Part shown: positions 19,401 to 28,169 of the stretch, in pieces
Position numbering within the stretch: the first letter of the stretch is position 1
How the letters are laid out: the number at the start of each line of letters is the position of its first letter
Source: an uncultured Anaerolineae bacterium
GTDB lineage: Bacteria > Chloroflexota > Anaerolineae > Aggregatilineales > UBA3940
Assembly (NCBI GenBank): GCA_964390105.1
Contig: CAYMGV010000001.1
Location: 66,002 to 130,001 of the forward strand
Reading direction: 5' to 3'
Length of the DNA: 64,000 nucleotides
Notes under the pieces: generated by a model
The model's input: only the letters and a program-made list of their open reading frames with translations
Told to the model about the DNA's origin: nothing
Databases searched by the model: none
Program-made: the position numbers and the translations under genes

Positions 19401-20367
19401 GACGCAGGAGGTGCCCTCGCGCGAGATGCGCCAGTGGGAGCAGGACCTCGTCGGTATGTATGTCTCCGAACACCCGCTCCAGCAGATCATGGATCAGATT
19501 GAAACCGTGATCTCGGCGTACAGTAACGACATCACCGAGGAATTCCATGAACGACAGGTTACTATGGCCGGGATGGTGATGGAGGTGCGCCCGCACAAAA
19601 CCAAGACCGGCAAAGCGATGGCCTTTGTGCAGCTTGAGGACCTCTACGGCAACATCGAGGTACTGGTATGGCCCAACACATGGAAGCAGACGCAGGACCT
19701 GTGGGAACAGGGGCGTATCCTGCTCGTACAGGGCAAGCTCGATTGCTCAGGCCGCAGCCCCAAGCTGCTTTGTGACAGCGCTTCGACCAACTTTGACACA
19801 TTTAACGCCGTTCGTGATGAGCGCACATCGCGTCAATCGCCGCGCCAGCCCGCGCCGACCTACGATGATGAGATGCCGTGGTATGCTGACGAAGCGATGG
19901 CAGCAAGCCCGGACCCATCCGAGGAGGCGGATTACGACTACACCTCCGATGTCGCCATGCCGTCGGCAGAGCCGCCCACAACACCGCAGCGGAACGGCGA
20001 AGCACCCCCCGACGGCTACAGCAACGGCTATGAAAACGGGACGGGTGATCGTTACAATGGGAACGAAAACGAGCGCAGCAGCGAGCAGATTACAGGGATG
20101 CCGGCCAGGCAGGCCGATCCAGACCGCCATGTCAATATCTACATTGAGCGCACGGGTGACCTTGAACGTGACAAGCGCCGTCTGAGCATCATCCATGGCA
20201 TCCTGCATAGTGCCCCCGGCAATGACAGCTTTTCTCTGTGTGTGACAGGTGATGGTAAAATGGTTCGTGTCGAGTTTAACGGTGAACGCACCCAGATAGA
20301 CGTGGTCTACCATGATTTACTCAAACACCTGAAAGACCCGGCTGCTATCGAGATCAATGAACCATAA
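16495..20367 (+). CDS. dnaE: DNA polymerase III subunit alpha
   Basis: 1290 aa. PHP domain start 'FSHLHVHTEYSLLDG', palm/fingers motifs ('PDIDIDY', 'GLLKVDFLGL') and an OB fold, plus an extended low-complexity C-terminal region. Confidence 0.97.
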   Translation: MPSFSHLHVHTEYSLLDGMSRIPDLLSHVKELGMDSVAITDHGTMFGVFDFYAKAKAAGVKPILGVEAYMAPRGMGDRDPQLDKNYTHLLLLAQNETGYKNLLKIASASQLEGYYYKPRIDRDFLAAHSEGVICTSGCLAADVPQLLMEGRDDEARKTLGWYRDVFGPDRFFIELQEHDIEELRMVNKKLIEELGPWANIPFLATNDAHYVRQRDANPHDILLCIGTSSLVKEEKRMRFSDDSYYIRSPEEMQQIFGDIPAALSNTVKVAEMCNVDLAAYYNLDDPKGKYKLPIFPVPGGYDAPSYLRELVEKGAYWRYGDNADSEVVQTRINHELGIIHDMGFDNYFLIVWDLCEFAREKDIWWNVRGSGAGSVVAFTLGITGIDPLRNGLIFERFLNPGRNTMPDIDIDYPDDRRAEMIDYCTHRYGEDKVAAIITFGTLGARAAIRDVGRTLDIDLSEVDELARTIPAVPGKGISLKKMLEEPDDPDHQDFNALYKDQSRPYMKQLVDTAREFEGISRHASTHAAGVLVSDIPLVEYVPLHRPTKSDDTGVGVNTVAQWPMAIVEEIGLLKVDFLGLRTLTIMRQACDLIETYHGVKYNLSTIPYRHRADDEEYNHALDAAFHLMWRGETSGVFQVEGQGMTRMLMEMKPSLFEHIIAAISLFRPGPLDYIPQYIRRMHNEEPVEYHHPLLEPILNETFGIIVYQEQIMQIASDLFGYALGEADLMRRAVSKKKAKELQKHKSIFLKQGPERGVSPEIAGKIFEDIEFFARYGFNKSHAADYAVLTVQTAFLKAHYPHEYMAALLSVERHNTDKVRAYLSEARRMNIPVLAPDINYSYHDFTIENLETGRRGIRYGISAVKNVGEGAVATIVNARDEEGPFADVADLCQRVDMREVGKRALEGLIKVGALDSFAPTRLHLLESLDRIASYSAKLHQAADIGQMSMFGESTGITFEDNAGSILVSEVTQEVPSREMRQWEQDLVGMYVSEHPLQQIMDQIETVISAYSNDITEEFHERQVTMAGMVMEVRPHKTKTGKAMAFVQLEDLYGNIEVLVWPNTWKQTQDLWEQGRILLVQGKLDCSGRSPKLLCDSASTNFDTFNAVRDERTSRQSPRQPAPTYDDEMPWYADEAMAASPDPSEEADYDYTSDVAMPSAEPPTTPQRNGEAPPDGYSNGYENGTGDRYNGNENERSSEQITGMPARQADPDRHVNIYIERTGDLERDKRRLSIIHGILHSAPGNDSFSLCVTGDGKMVRVEFNGERTQIDVVYHDLLKHLKDPAAIEINEP

Positions 20368-20383
20368 CACACGGGGGTATGTT

Positions 20384-21361
20384 ATGCCGGGTAAGATCAA
20401 GAGTATTGGCGTCATGACCAGTGGGGGAGACTCCCCGGGCATGAACGCTGCCATACGAGCTACCGTCCGGGCCGGGCTGCATTACGGCCTTAAAGTCTAC
20501 GGCATTCGGCACGCTTACTTTGGCCTGATAAACGGCGATATCGAGGAGATGACCAGCCGTAAGGTCAGCGGCATTATCCAGCAGGGGGGCACCCTCTTAC
20601 AGACGGCACGCCTTCCTGAGTTTAAAGAAGAAGCGTACCAGATGCGGGCCGTCCGCCGCCTGAAGGAGCATGAGATCGATGCCCTGATCGTGATCGGCGG
20701 GGATGGCAGCCTGGCCGGCGCGCTGGCCCTGTCTCGCCATGGTATCCCGGTTGTGGGAATCCCGGCCAGCATTGATAATGATATTTGGGGTACGGCGTCC
20801 TCTATCGGGGTCGATACAGCCCTGAACACCATCCTCGATTCGATTGACCGCCTGCGTGATACGGCGTCATCACATGAGCGCCTGTTTGTCGTCGAGGTAA
20901 TGGGGCGTAACTGCGGGTACCTTGCGGTGGTGGCAGGCCTGATCACAGGGGCGGAACTGGTACTTGTCCCGGAGGAGGATTTTGACCTGGCCCAAGTCGG
21001 TGAACTGATGACCGATGCCTACCTCAAGGGCAAGTCACATGCGCTGATCGTAGTGGCTGAAGGCTCGAACCTGAAAGCCAACGACATCGCGGCGCACCTC
21101 AAAGAAACCAGCATCGGCTTTGAGGTGCGCGTCACGATCCTCGGTCATGTTCAACGTGGGGGTGGCCCAACCGCCTATGACCGAACCCTGGCCAATCGCA
21201 TGGGTGTGGCCGCTGTTCAGCAGTTGGTCGAGCGTGACGCAGGCGTCATGATGGCGTTGGATGGCACCGAGATTGTGCCAAAGAAACTGAAGGACGTGAT
21301 CGGGAAACACCGCCCACTTGACCCGGGATACATTGAGCTATCCCGTATCCTTGGGCGTTAA
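20384..21361 (+). CDS. pfkA: ATP-dependent 6-phosphofructokinase
   Basis: Starts [25 protein letters not shown]. It has 'GGDGS' (Gly at the position equivalent to E. coli 104) and 'IPASIDND'. The track ORF starts at 20357 and overlaps the dnaE end. I prefer the ATG at 20384, which has an upstream GGGGG. Confidence 0.9.
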   Translation: MPGKIKSIGVMTSGGDSPGMNAAIRATVRAGLHYGLKVYGIRHAYFGLINGDIEEMTSRKVSGIIQQGGTLLQTARLPEFKEEAYQMRAVRRLKEHEIDALIVIGGDGSLAGALALSRHGIPVVGIPASIDNDIWGTASSIGVDTALNTILDSIDRLRDTASSHERLFVVEVMGRNCGYLAVVAGLITGAELVLVPEEDFDLAQVGELMTDAYLKGKSHALIVVAEGSNLKANDIAAHLKETSIGFEVRVTILGHVQRGGGPTAYDRTLANRMGVAAVQQLVERDAGVMMALDGTEIVPKKLKDVIGKHRPLDPGYIELSRILGR

Positions 21362-21404
21362 AGTTTGTTTTGCTACCCCTTATCTGCATAGGAGCACATG
21401 GACC

Positions 21405-22556
21405 ATGAAACTAGGAATTCTGACAGGTGGCGGCGACGTCCCCGGCCTCAATCCCTGTATCAAGGCGGTGGTGGATCGCACCATTGACGAGGGTCATACC
21501 ATTTTCGGGATCCGCCGGGGCTGGGCGGGCCTGCTTGAATATAACATCGACGAAAAAGATAACAGCAAGCTGGTGATCCCGCTTGACCGGCTGGCTGTGC
21601 GCCGTATTGCCCGCACCGGCGGCACCTTCCTGCACACCTCGCGGACCAATCCCGGCAAAGTCAGGGCCGATGCCGTACCGGAACATCTGCGCAATAATGA
21701 CTGGGCAGAAGACCAGCCCATACAGGATTACACCGAACACGTCCTCAAGGTGATCGACCACCTGGGGATCAATGTGCTGATCGCCATCGGTGGTGACGAC
21801 ACCCTGAGCTATGCCGAGCGCCTTCATCGCGAAGGCATCCACGTCATGGCGATCCCGAAGACGATGGACAATGACGTGTTCGGCACCGACTACTGCATCG
21901 GCTTCTCGACGGCTGTAACGCGCAGCGTCGACTTCCTGAACAACCTGCGGACCAGCGCTGGCTCGCATGAGCGGATTGCCATCGTTGAGCTGTTCGGGCG
22001 CAATTCCGGTGAGACCTCCTTGATCGCGGCATACCTCGCGGGCGTAGACCGAGCGGTCATCTCCGAGGTACCCTTCAACCCGGACCTGCTGGCCGATATG
22101 CTGATCGAGGATCGCGACAGCAACCCCAGCAACTACGCCATGATGACCATCTCTGAAGGTGCTCGCATGGAAGAAGGCGAGATCGTGCAGTCCGGTGAGG
22201 CCGATGCTTACGGGCACAAGAAACTCGGCGGCATCGGCATGATGACGGCGGACTATATCAAGCGCAAGACCGGGATCAACACCATTTACCAGCAGGTCGC
22301 CTATCTGATGCGCTCCGGTGCTCCTGACGCGCTCGACCTGATGGTCGCTTCCAACTATGCTCATATGGCGATGGATATGGTGCTGCGCGGGCAGAGTGGC
22401 CGTATGGTTGCGCTGCGCGAGGGCGTCTACACTGATATCCCGCTCAGCATGATTATGCAGGGCCGCAAGGTGGTGGATGTCGGCGAGTTGTATGACGTCA
22501 AGAACTATCGCCCGAAAGTCCGGCATGTCTCCGGCATGCCAATGTTCCTGAGTTAA
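21405..22556 (+). CDS. pfp: Phosphofructokinase of the PPi-dependent type (predicted)
   Basis: Starts [16 protein letters not shown] (ATG at 21405, AGGAG upstream). It has 'GGDDT' and 'PKTMDND', giving Asp and Lys at the two positions known to discriminate PPi- from ATP-PFKs. Confidence 0.8.
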   Translation: MKLGILTGGGDVPGLNPCIKAVVDRTIDEGHTIFGIRRGWAGLLEYNIDEKDNSKLVIPLDRLAVRRIARTGGTFLHTSRTNPGKVRADAVPEHLRNNDWAEDQPIQDYTEHVLKVIDHLGINVLIAIGGDDTLSYAERLHREGIHVMAIPKTMDNDVFGTDYCIGFSTAVTRSVDFLNNLRTSAGSHERIAIVELFGRNSGETSLIAAYLAGVDRAVISEVPFNPDLLADMLIEDRDSNPSNYAMMTISEGARMEEGEIVQSGEADAYGHKKLGGIGMMTADYIKRKTGINTIYQQVAYLMRSGAPDALDLMVASNYAHMAMDMVLRGQSGRMVALREGVYTDIPLSMIMQGRKVVDVGELYDVKNYRPKVRHVSGMPMFLS

Positions 22557-22597
22557 CAGGCAACAGATCGAAACCCGGCCCAAATGAGAACCCGACA

Positions 22598-22630
22598 GGG
22601 GGGTGAGCCACGGCTTACCCCCCGTTCTCT
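22598..22630 (+). terminator. GC-rich hairpin after pfp (probable terminator)
   Basis: GGGGGGTGAG (22598-22607) pairs with CTTACCCCCC (22614-23) with one G-U pair. It is followed by GTTCTCTCT. Confidence 0.45.
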
Positions 22631-22648
22631 CTGAAATATGGATGCGCC

Positions 22649-25198
22649 ATGATCCCCGTCAAACTTGAACTGACCAACTTCCTCGCCTATCGTAACCCGC
22701 TGCCCCTGGATTTCACCGGGCTGCACCTTGCGGTGCTGGTCGGCTCAAACGGCGCAGGGAAATCTTCACTGCTTGATGCGCTGACATGGGCACTGTGGGG
22801 CAAGGCGCGCACCACGCGTGACAACGACCTGATCCACACCGGTGAAACGGAAATGACGGTCCGGCTGGTCTTTTTGCTGGATCGTAACGAGTACCGGGTT
22901 ACACGCTATCGCTCCAGCAAGGGACGCGGACAAACAGCACTCTCGCTGGAAATCCGTGATGGCGACGCATGGCGCAATATCTCCGAGAACACGGTTCGGA
23001 CGACGCAGGGCACGCTGGACGTGCTGCTTAAACTTGATTATGACACCTTCATTAACTCCGCGTATCTTGTGCAGGGCCGCGCCGACGAATTCACCAGCAA
23101 AACCCCCGGCGAACGCAAGCGCATCCTTGGTGAAATACTGGGCCTGGAACGCTGGGCCGTGTTCGAGGAACGGGCCAGAACGCACATCAGGCAGATTGAT
23201 AACGAACGCGCACTCAATGAGACGCGCCTGGGCGATATTGATGAAGAACTGGGCCGTGAAGATGTGTATAAGGAGGCTTTGGCCGAGGCCGAGGCCGAAC
23301 TTGAACGGCTGACGGACGAACTCGAATTGATGGATGCCCACTACCGCGAGATGGAAGCCGAAAACCGTCGCCTTGAAGACCTGCGCCGCAACCAGCGGGA
23401 AGCCGGAAAAACGCTCGATGCAAACCAGGCCGAGATCGATTCAATCGCGGAGGAGCAGCGCCGCACCGAGGCTCGCCTGGCAGAGCTGGATGCGGTCATC
23501 GCACGGCGTGAGAGCATCGAGAAGGGCTTCGAGGCATACCAACAGGCCATCGAGCAGGATAAGCAACTAAATGAGCAGTATCGTCGTCAGAGTGAACTGC
23601 GCCAGCAGCAAGCCGACCTGCGACAGGCCATCACCGAGGCTCGCGCCGGGCTGGAAGCTCGCCTGAGCGCACTGAACCAGCAGGCGGGAACCCTGCAATC
23701 CACGCTGGATGAAGCCGGGGATGTCTCATTGTTCGAGGAGCGACAGGCGGAGTTTGAGGAATTGCAGGTACTTGAGGCGAATCTGACGACATGGCGTGAG
23801 GAACTCACGACCACCCGGCAGGCAGTCGCAGACCTCAACAGCGAGAACAGCGGGCTGAAGGCTAAGATGAATCCAATGGCAGAGCAGCGCGACACTCTGC
23901 AAAAAACAACGGAGCCGATTTGTCCAACCTGTGGACAGCCGTTATCGGAAGAAGATCGTGAAGCACTGATTGAACGATTGTTCCACGATGGTACGGAACT
24001 TGGCAATCAGCATCGCGCCAATACAGAGACGCTGCGACAACTAACTGATGACGTTATTGAGTTAGAAAAGAGTATCAAACAATCCGAACTGGAACTCAAA
24101 CAAATGCCCAGCCTGCAAAGCTGGCTCGATATGCAGAAAGACCGCATCGAGAAGGCCAGTGAGGCACAGCAGGCGCTTGCATCTGTGCAGGCAGAGATGG
24201 CAGAGGTCGAGGCTGCCATCCAGGATGGCAGTTTTGCCCCGGAGCTTACCACGAATCTGCACGAAGTCGAGGCAGCACTGGATAAGCTCGGCTACAGCGA
24301 GGAAACGCACCTTGCCGCCCAGAAACACATCGAGGACTTTAAGGATTTTGAGGAACTCAGCCGCACACTGGCCCTCGCGCTTGAGGAGGCCCCGCGCCGG
24401 CAGGAGGAGATCGATGGGCGCGCCGTGCGGCTGCAGCAGTGGGGAGAGCGTCAAGCCGAAATCCGGGAGCGTATGGCTGAGTGCGAGGCAGAGATCGCAC
24501 AGATCGAGGAAGCCCTGACCGATTTCGAATCATTCGGTCTTGAGGTCGCCCGCATGCGTGAGCAGAAAGCGCAGGCGGGCACCGAACTGGGTGTGGCGCG
24601 CCAGCGCCTCAACGCGCTCGACCAACAGCGCGACCGCCGCCTGGGCATCGAGGAGGCACAGGCCCAGCTTGCCGACGAGAAGGGCATTTACGAGGAACTG
24701 AGGGTGGCCTTCAGCAGAAACGGCATCCCTGCCATGATCATTGAGGCCGCCATCCCGGAGATTGAGAATGAGGCTAACCAGCTTCTGGCGGACCTGACCA
24801 ATGGCCGTATGCACGTCCGCTTTGATACCCAGCGTGACAACGTGACCGGCGGTGTCCGCGAGACGCTTGATATCAGAATCGCTGATGAACTGGGCACGCG
24901 TGACTACGAAACCTTCAGCGGGGGCGAGGCTTTCCGCGTCAACTTCGCCATCCGCCTGGCGCTCTCCAAAATGCTGGCTCGCCGTGCCGGGACGCGGCTC
25001 CGCACCCTGATTATAGATGAGGGTTTCGGCTCCCTGGATGAGCTGGGCCGCGACCGCCTGATCGAGTCGATCAATGCCATCCAGGATGACTTCGACCTGA
25101 TACTCGTTATCACCCATATCGATGAATTGAAGGACGCCTTTCCGGCCCGCATCGAGATCGTCAAAACAAGTTCCGGCGCGATGATCCAGGTTGCCTGA
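22649..25198 (+). CDS. SbcC/Rad50-like SMC-family ATPase with zinc hook
   Basis: 849 aa. Walker A 'GSNGAGKSSLLDAL', a long central coiled coil with a CxxC hook 'CPTCGQPL', signature 'FSGGEAFRVNFAIRLAL', Walker B 'LIIDEGFGSLD' and H-loop 'VITH'. No SbcD/Mre11 gene is adjacent. Confidence 0.85.
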   Translation: MIPVKLELTNFLAYRNPLPLDFTGLHLAVLVGSNGAGKSSLLDALTWALWGKARTTRDNDLIHTGETEMTVRLVFLLDRNEYRVTRYRSSKGRGQTALSLEIRDGDAWRNISENTVRTTQGTLDVLLKLDYDTFINSAYLVQGRADEFTSKTPGERKRILGEILGLERWAVFEERARTHIRQIDNERALNETRLGDIDEELGREDVYKEALAEAEAELERLTDELELMDAHYREMEAENRRLEDLRRNQREAGKTLDANQAEIDSIAEEQRRTEARLAELDAVIARRESIEKGFEAYQQAIEQDKQLNEQYRRQSELRQQQADLRQAITEARAGLEARLSALNQQAGTLQSTLDEAGDVSLFEERQAEFEELQVLEANLTTWREELTTTRQAVADLNSENSGLKAKMNPMAEQRDTLQKTTEPICPTCGQPLSEEDREALIERLFHDGTELGNQHRANTETLRQLTDDVIELEKSIKQSELELKQMPSLQSWLDMQKDRIEKASEAQQALASVQAEMAEVEAAIQDGSFAPELTTNLHEVEAALDKLGYSEETHLAAQKHIEDFKDFEELSRTLALALEEAPRRQEEIDGRAVRLQQWGERQAEIRERMAECEAEIAQIEEALTDFESFGLEVARMREQKAQAGTELGVARQRLNALDQQRDRRLGIEEAQAQLADEKGIYEELRVAFSRNGIPAMIIEAAIPEIENEANQLLADLTNGRMHVRFDTQRDNVTGGVRETLDIRIADELGTRDYETFSGGEAFRVNFAIRLALSKMLARRAGTRLRTLIIDEGFGSLDELGRDRLIESINAIQDDFDLILVITHIDELKDAFPARIEIVKTSSGAMIQVA

Positions 25199-25276
25199 GG
25201 CGAATCATCCTGCCACGCAGGGCGTTCTGTGCCATAATGTCCCCAATACTTTGACAGAGGAGAGGGTAACCCCATT

Positions 25277-27028
25277 ATGGTAGGTTCTGCTGATCCACAA
25301 TCTGCCCGGCCCGCTCAAGTCACACCACTCCAGGTTGCCTTGATGCCGCTGGTGGGCAACACACCGGGCGCTGAAAGCGCGTGGCTGGGGGCACTGTTCA
25401 GCACACTGATCTTGGAGCATATCGACGTCGCGCCAATCATGGTGCTGGAATACAACAAATCTGCACAGGCTGTCATCGACGGGCTGCATGAACTGCCGCT
25501 GACGCCCGGTTCCGTGGGTCACCTGCTTGATCAACTTCACCTCGACGCCTTGATTCACGGACGTTTTGTCCATGATCAGGCTGGCGATATGCTGGGCCTG
25601 CGGCTGATCGTCGAAGGTGATGCCGTTGTGAACACCCCGGTGGAAGCCGCCGCACCCGTTGCAACCTTCTCACGGTTTATTGAGCGCATGTCACTGGCGC
25701 TGCTTGAACGGCTCAACGTGCGCATTACCGACGACCTGCGTGAAGCCATCCACCAGGTACCACGTCCCGCCAGCCTTGAGGCCTTCCGCCAGTTGGCATC
25801 GTCACGCGCCGCGTGGGCGCGTGGTGATAATGAACTCGCACTGACTGCTGTCAGTTCCGCGCTCACCCTCGACCCTGCCCTTGAGGCCGCTATGCTGATC
25901 GAGGTGGCGATCTCCCGCGCGGCGCAGGACAACCGCACCACACAGACCGCCTTTAAACGCTGGTCCGAGAGTGCCGTCAAGCGTGGTAACCCCGGTGTCG
26001 GGGCCGAACGGCTGACCATGTTGGGGCACTGGCTGGCAGATCGTGGGGACTGGCGCGAGGCACGTCGCACCTACGAGGAAGCCGGGCGGCTCTACAACCG
26101 CGCCAATGATGAGGCCGGGCAGGCCCGCATCGTTAACAACATCGCCAACCTGGACCTGCTGATGGGCAAAACCGGCGACGGCATCCGCACCTACCGTCGC
26201 ACACTGCGTATCTTCGAGCAGCAGGTTCTTGATGCTGAGGATACCGCCGTGACGTTCCTCAATGTGGGTCTCGCCCACAAGAACCAGGGCCAACAGGAGG
26301 AGGCTCAGCATGCCATCGAGGAGGCCGTCGCCCGTGCTGAACGGCTCAACCTGCCTCATCTGCTGGCGCACAGCCTGGCACAGCGCGGTGCGTTGAACGA
26401 CGACCTCGGTAACTGGCTGCAATCCGAGGCCGATTACAAGCGGGCACTGACCCTGTTTGCAGATATTAGGGATGAGGCCGGGCAGGCTATGGTGATCAGT
26501 TACCGGGGGCTGCTGACCCGCCAGCGCGGCGCGTATGACCAGGCCGAGCGGCTGATGCAGCAGGCCCTGACGCGCTTCCAGCGCCTCGACATGCCCCATG
26601 AAGTCGCCATCGTGCAGTACAACCTTGCCGATCTGTATCTCTCGATGAACCAGTTGGAACGTGCATGGGAACTGGCCGAGCAGTCCCACACGGCCCTAAA
26701 GGAACTGCGCAGCGTTTGGTTCGATGCCAGCAGTGAGCTGCGAAATATGATCCAGAACACGCTGGCAACGCGCGAGGAACAACGCAGGCAGGCAGAGGAG
26801 GCTGAGCGCCAACACAGGCTTGAGGAACAGGCGCGGATGGCAGCGGAGACTGCCGAAACTGAGGCCGCCGGGTCCCGGCAAACGGAGGACGCTGCCGGCT
26901 TCGGCGGGGATACCGCCACACCACCCACGGAATATAATGAACCCCCGTCGCGCATCAGCCCGGATGACAGTATCAGCCTGACCGCCCCCCCCCCCCGCGA
27001 GCCTTACAACCCGGACCCGGAGGAATAG
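25277..27028 (+). CDS. TPR-repeat protein with non-TPR N-terminal domain and acidic/Pro tail
   Basis: 583 aa. It has repeated A/L/Y-rich 34-aa-type helical pairs (e.g. 'EARRTYEEAGRLYNRANDEAGQARIVNNIANL', 'EAQHAIEEAVARAERL'). It starts 78 nt downstream of the SbcC-like gene on the same strand. Confidence 0.75.
   Translation: MVGSADPQSARPAQVTPLQVALMPLVGNTPGAESAWLGALFSTLILEHIDVAPIMVLEYNKSAQAVIDGLHELPLTPGSVGHLLDQLHLDALIHGRFVHDQAGDMLGLRLIVEGDAVVNTPVEAAAPVATFSRFIERMSLALLERLNVRITDDLREAIHQVPRPASLEAFRQLASSRAAWARGDNELALTAVSSALTLDPALEAAMLIEVAISRAAQDNRTTQTAFKRWSESAVKRGNPGVGAERLTMLGHWLADRGDWREARRTYEEAGRLYNRANDEAGQARIVNNIANLDLLMGKTGDGIRTYRRTLRIFEQQVLDAEDTAVTFLNVGLAHKNQGQQEEAQHAIEEAVARAERLNLPHLLAHSLAQRGALNDDLGNWLQSEADYKRALTLFADIRDEAGQAMVISYRGLLTRQRGAYDQAERLMQQALTRFQRLDMPHEVAIVQYNLADLYLSMNQLERAWELAEQSHTALKELRSVWFDASSELRNMIQNTLATREEQRRQAEEAERQHRLEEQARMAAETAETEAAGSRQTEDAAGFGGDTATPPTEYNEPPSRISPDDSISLTAPPPREPYNPDPEE
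26985..26996 (+). repeat. C12 homopolymer inside the 3' end of the TPR gene
   Basis: Direct count gives 12 consecutive C (26985-26996), encoding A-P-P-P-R. Confidence 0.95.
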
Positions 27029-27031
27029 CGA

Positions 27032-27742
27032 CTACGGGGTAATATCGAGCGCATCGAGCTGTGCGACAAAATCCTCAACATAATCGACATACACGGCCTG
27101 GGGAGCTTCCCACTGCACTACCCAGGTCGTGTTATCCAATGCGGTACCCACCGTCAGCGAGCCATTGATCACCGCGCCCTCACGCACATACACGTAATCG
27201 GACGCGCGTCCATTCTGAACAGCATCAAGCGCAAACCTGTACGGCTCATAGAAGCGGGCTGCGGGGTCCACGGCCTGCACATCAGCCAACAGCCGGTTCG
27301 CGATCTCCTCATCGACCACATCCGGTGACAGTCCATAGTCATCGCGCGTCACGCGGAACCAGATGCGGCTGTCCACGGCATCAAAGAAAGCCAGCCCGTT
27401 CTCCAGTGTCACCGCAAGGAAATCGGCTCGCGCATCGAGTGTGAAGCCAAACTCATCCGATTCAACCGTCAGATACGTGACGGTTTGGGTGGGGGAGGCG
27501 GCGGGCTGAGCAGGGTTCGGGGATGCAGTGGGGGCTGATGTGGGCGGCGCAGTTGCCGCCATCTCGATGCCTGAATCATCATCGGCATCACCCAAAAGGG
27601 CCTCCGTTGGCAGGCCCAGTGCGTCGTCAGGCAGCGGTGTGACAGTAGGCGCTGCTCCCGCGCCACAGGCTATCCCGGCCAGCAGCACGGCCAGCACCGG
27701 CAGGGTCAGGTAATTGTGATGGATGCGGTCTGTATCATTCAT
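27032..27742 (-). CDS. Hypothetical lipoprotein
   Basis: The preferred start is the ATG at 27742 (MNDTDRIHHNYLTLPVLAVLLAGIACG), with the lipobox 'LAGIAC'. It has a Pro/Ala/Thr linker followed by a globular domain. The track ORF extends to 27832. Confidence 0.55.
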   Translation of the reverse strand: MNDTDRIHHNYLTLPVLAVLLAGIACGAGAAPTVTPLPDDALGLPTEALLGDADDDSGIEMAATAPPTSAPTASPNPAQPAASPTQTVTYLTVESDEFGFTLDARADFLAVTLENGLAFFDAVDSRIWFRVTRDDYGLSPDVVDEEIANRLLADVQAVDPAARFYEPYRFALDAVQNGRASDYVYVREGAVINGSLTVGTALDNTTWVVQWEAPQAVYVDYVEDFVAQLDALDITP

Positions 27743-27920
27743 GTCGATAGCATAGCAGGTTCGGCCTGCCGGGGCCATGCCCCCTGGTGAGACCAATATC
27801 CTGGTGCTGAGAAGGGTTAGGCGGCAATACACTTATCAAGATTTTGTATATAATAAGTTTGTATACTGTTACAAATTGTAATGTGGATTGGTGGTATTCA
27901 ATTGGGCAGGTGGGAAGAAA

Positions 27921-28165
27921 ATGGTATCCGGTATCGGCATCGTCATACTCGGCTTCGCCATGATCTGGCTCGCGGTGGCGGGCAGGCAAGGCAAAGTGAA
28001 CCCTTTAAAGGTGGCGGGGGGCCGCCAGGCATATCGACAGGCCGCAGGATTCGCCCCCCGAAGTGGGTCAGGACCCTGCGCGCGCTCGCTATTGTGGTGC
28101 TTTTGCTGGTTTCTGCCGTCCCCTGTGTGATCTTCGTGGTGCTGTTCTTCCAACAGTACCAGTAG
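27921..28165 (+). pseudogene. Small two-TM membrane protein gene split between two frames (assembly indel, pseudogene or -1 frameshift)
   Basis: The frame of ORF 27888 encodes a TM helix from the ATG at 27921 (MVSGIGIVILGFAMIWLAVAG). The frame of ORF 27881 encodes a second TM helix at the C-terminus (LRALAIVVLLLVSAVPCVIFVVLFF). Third-position GC bias switches from the first frame to the second around 28004-28025. Confidence 0.4.
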
Positions 28166-28169
28166 CGCC

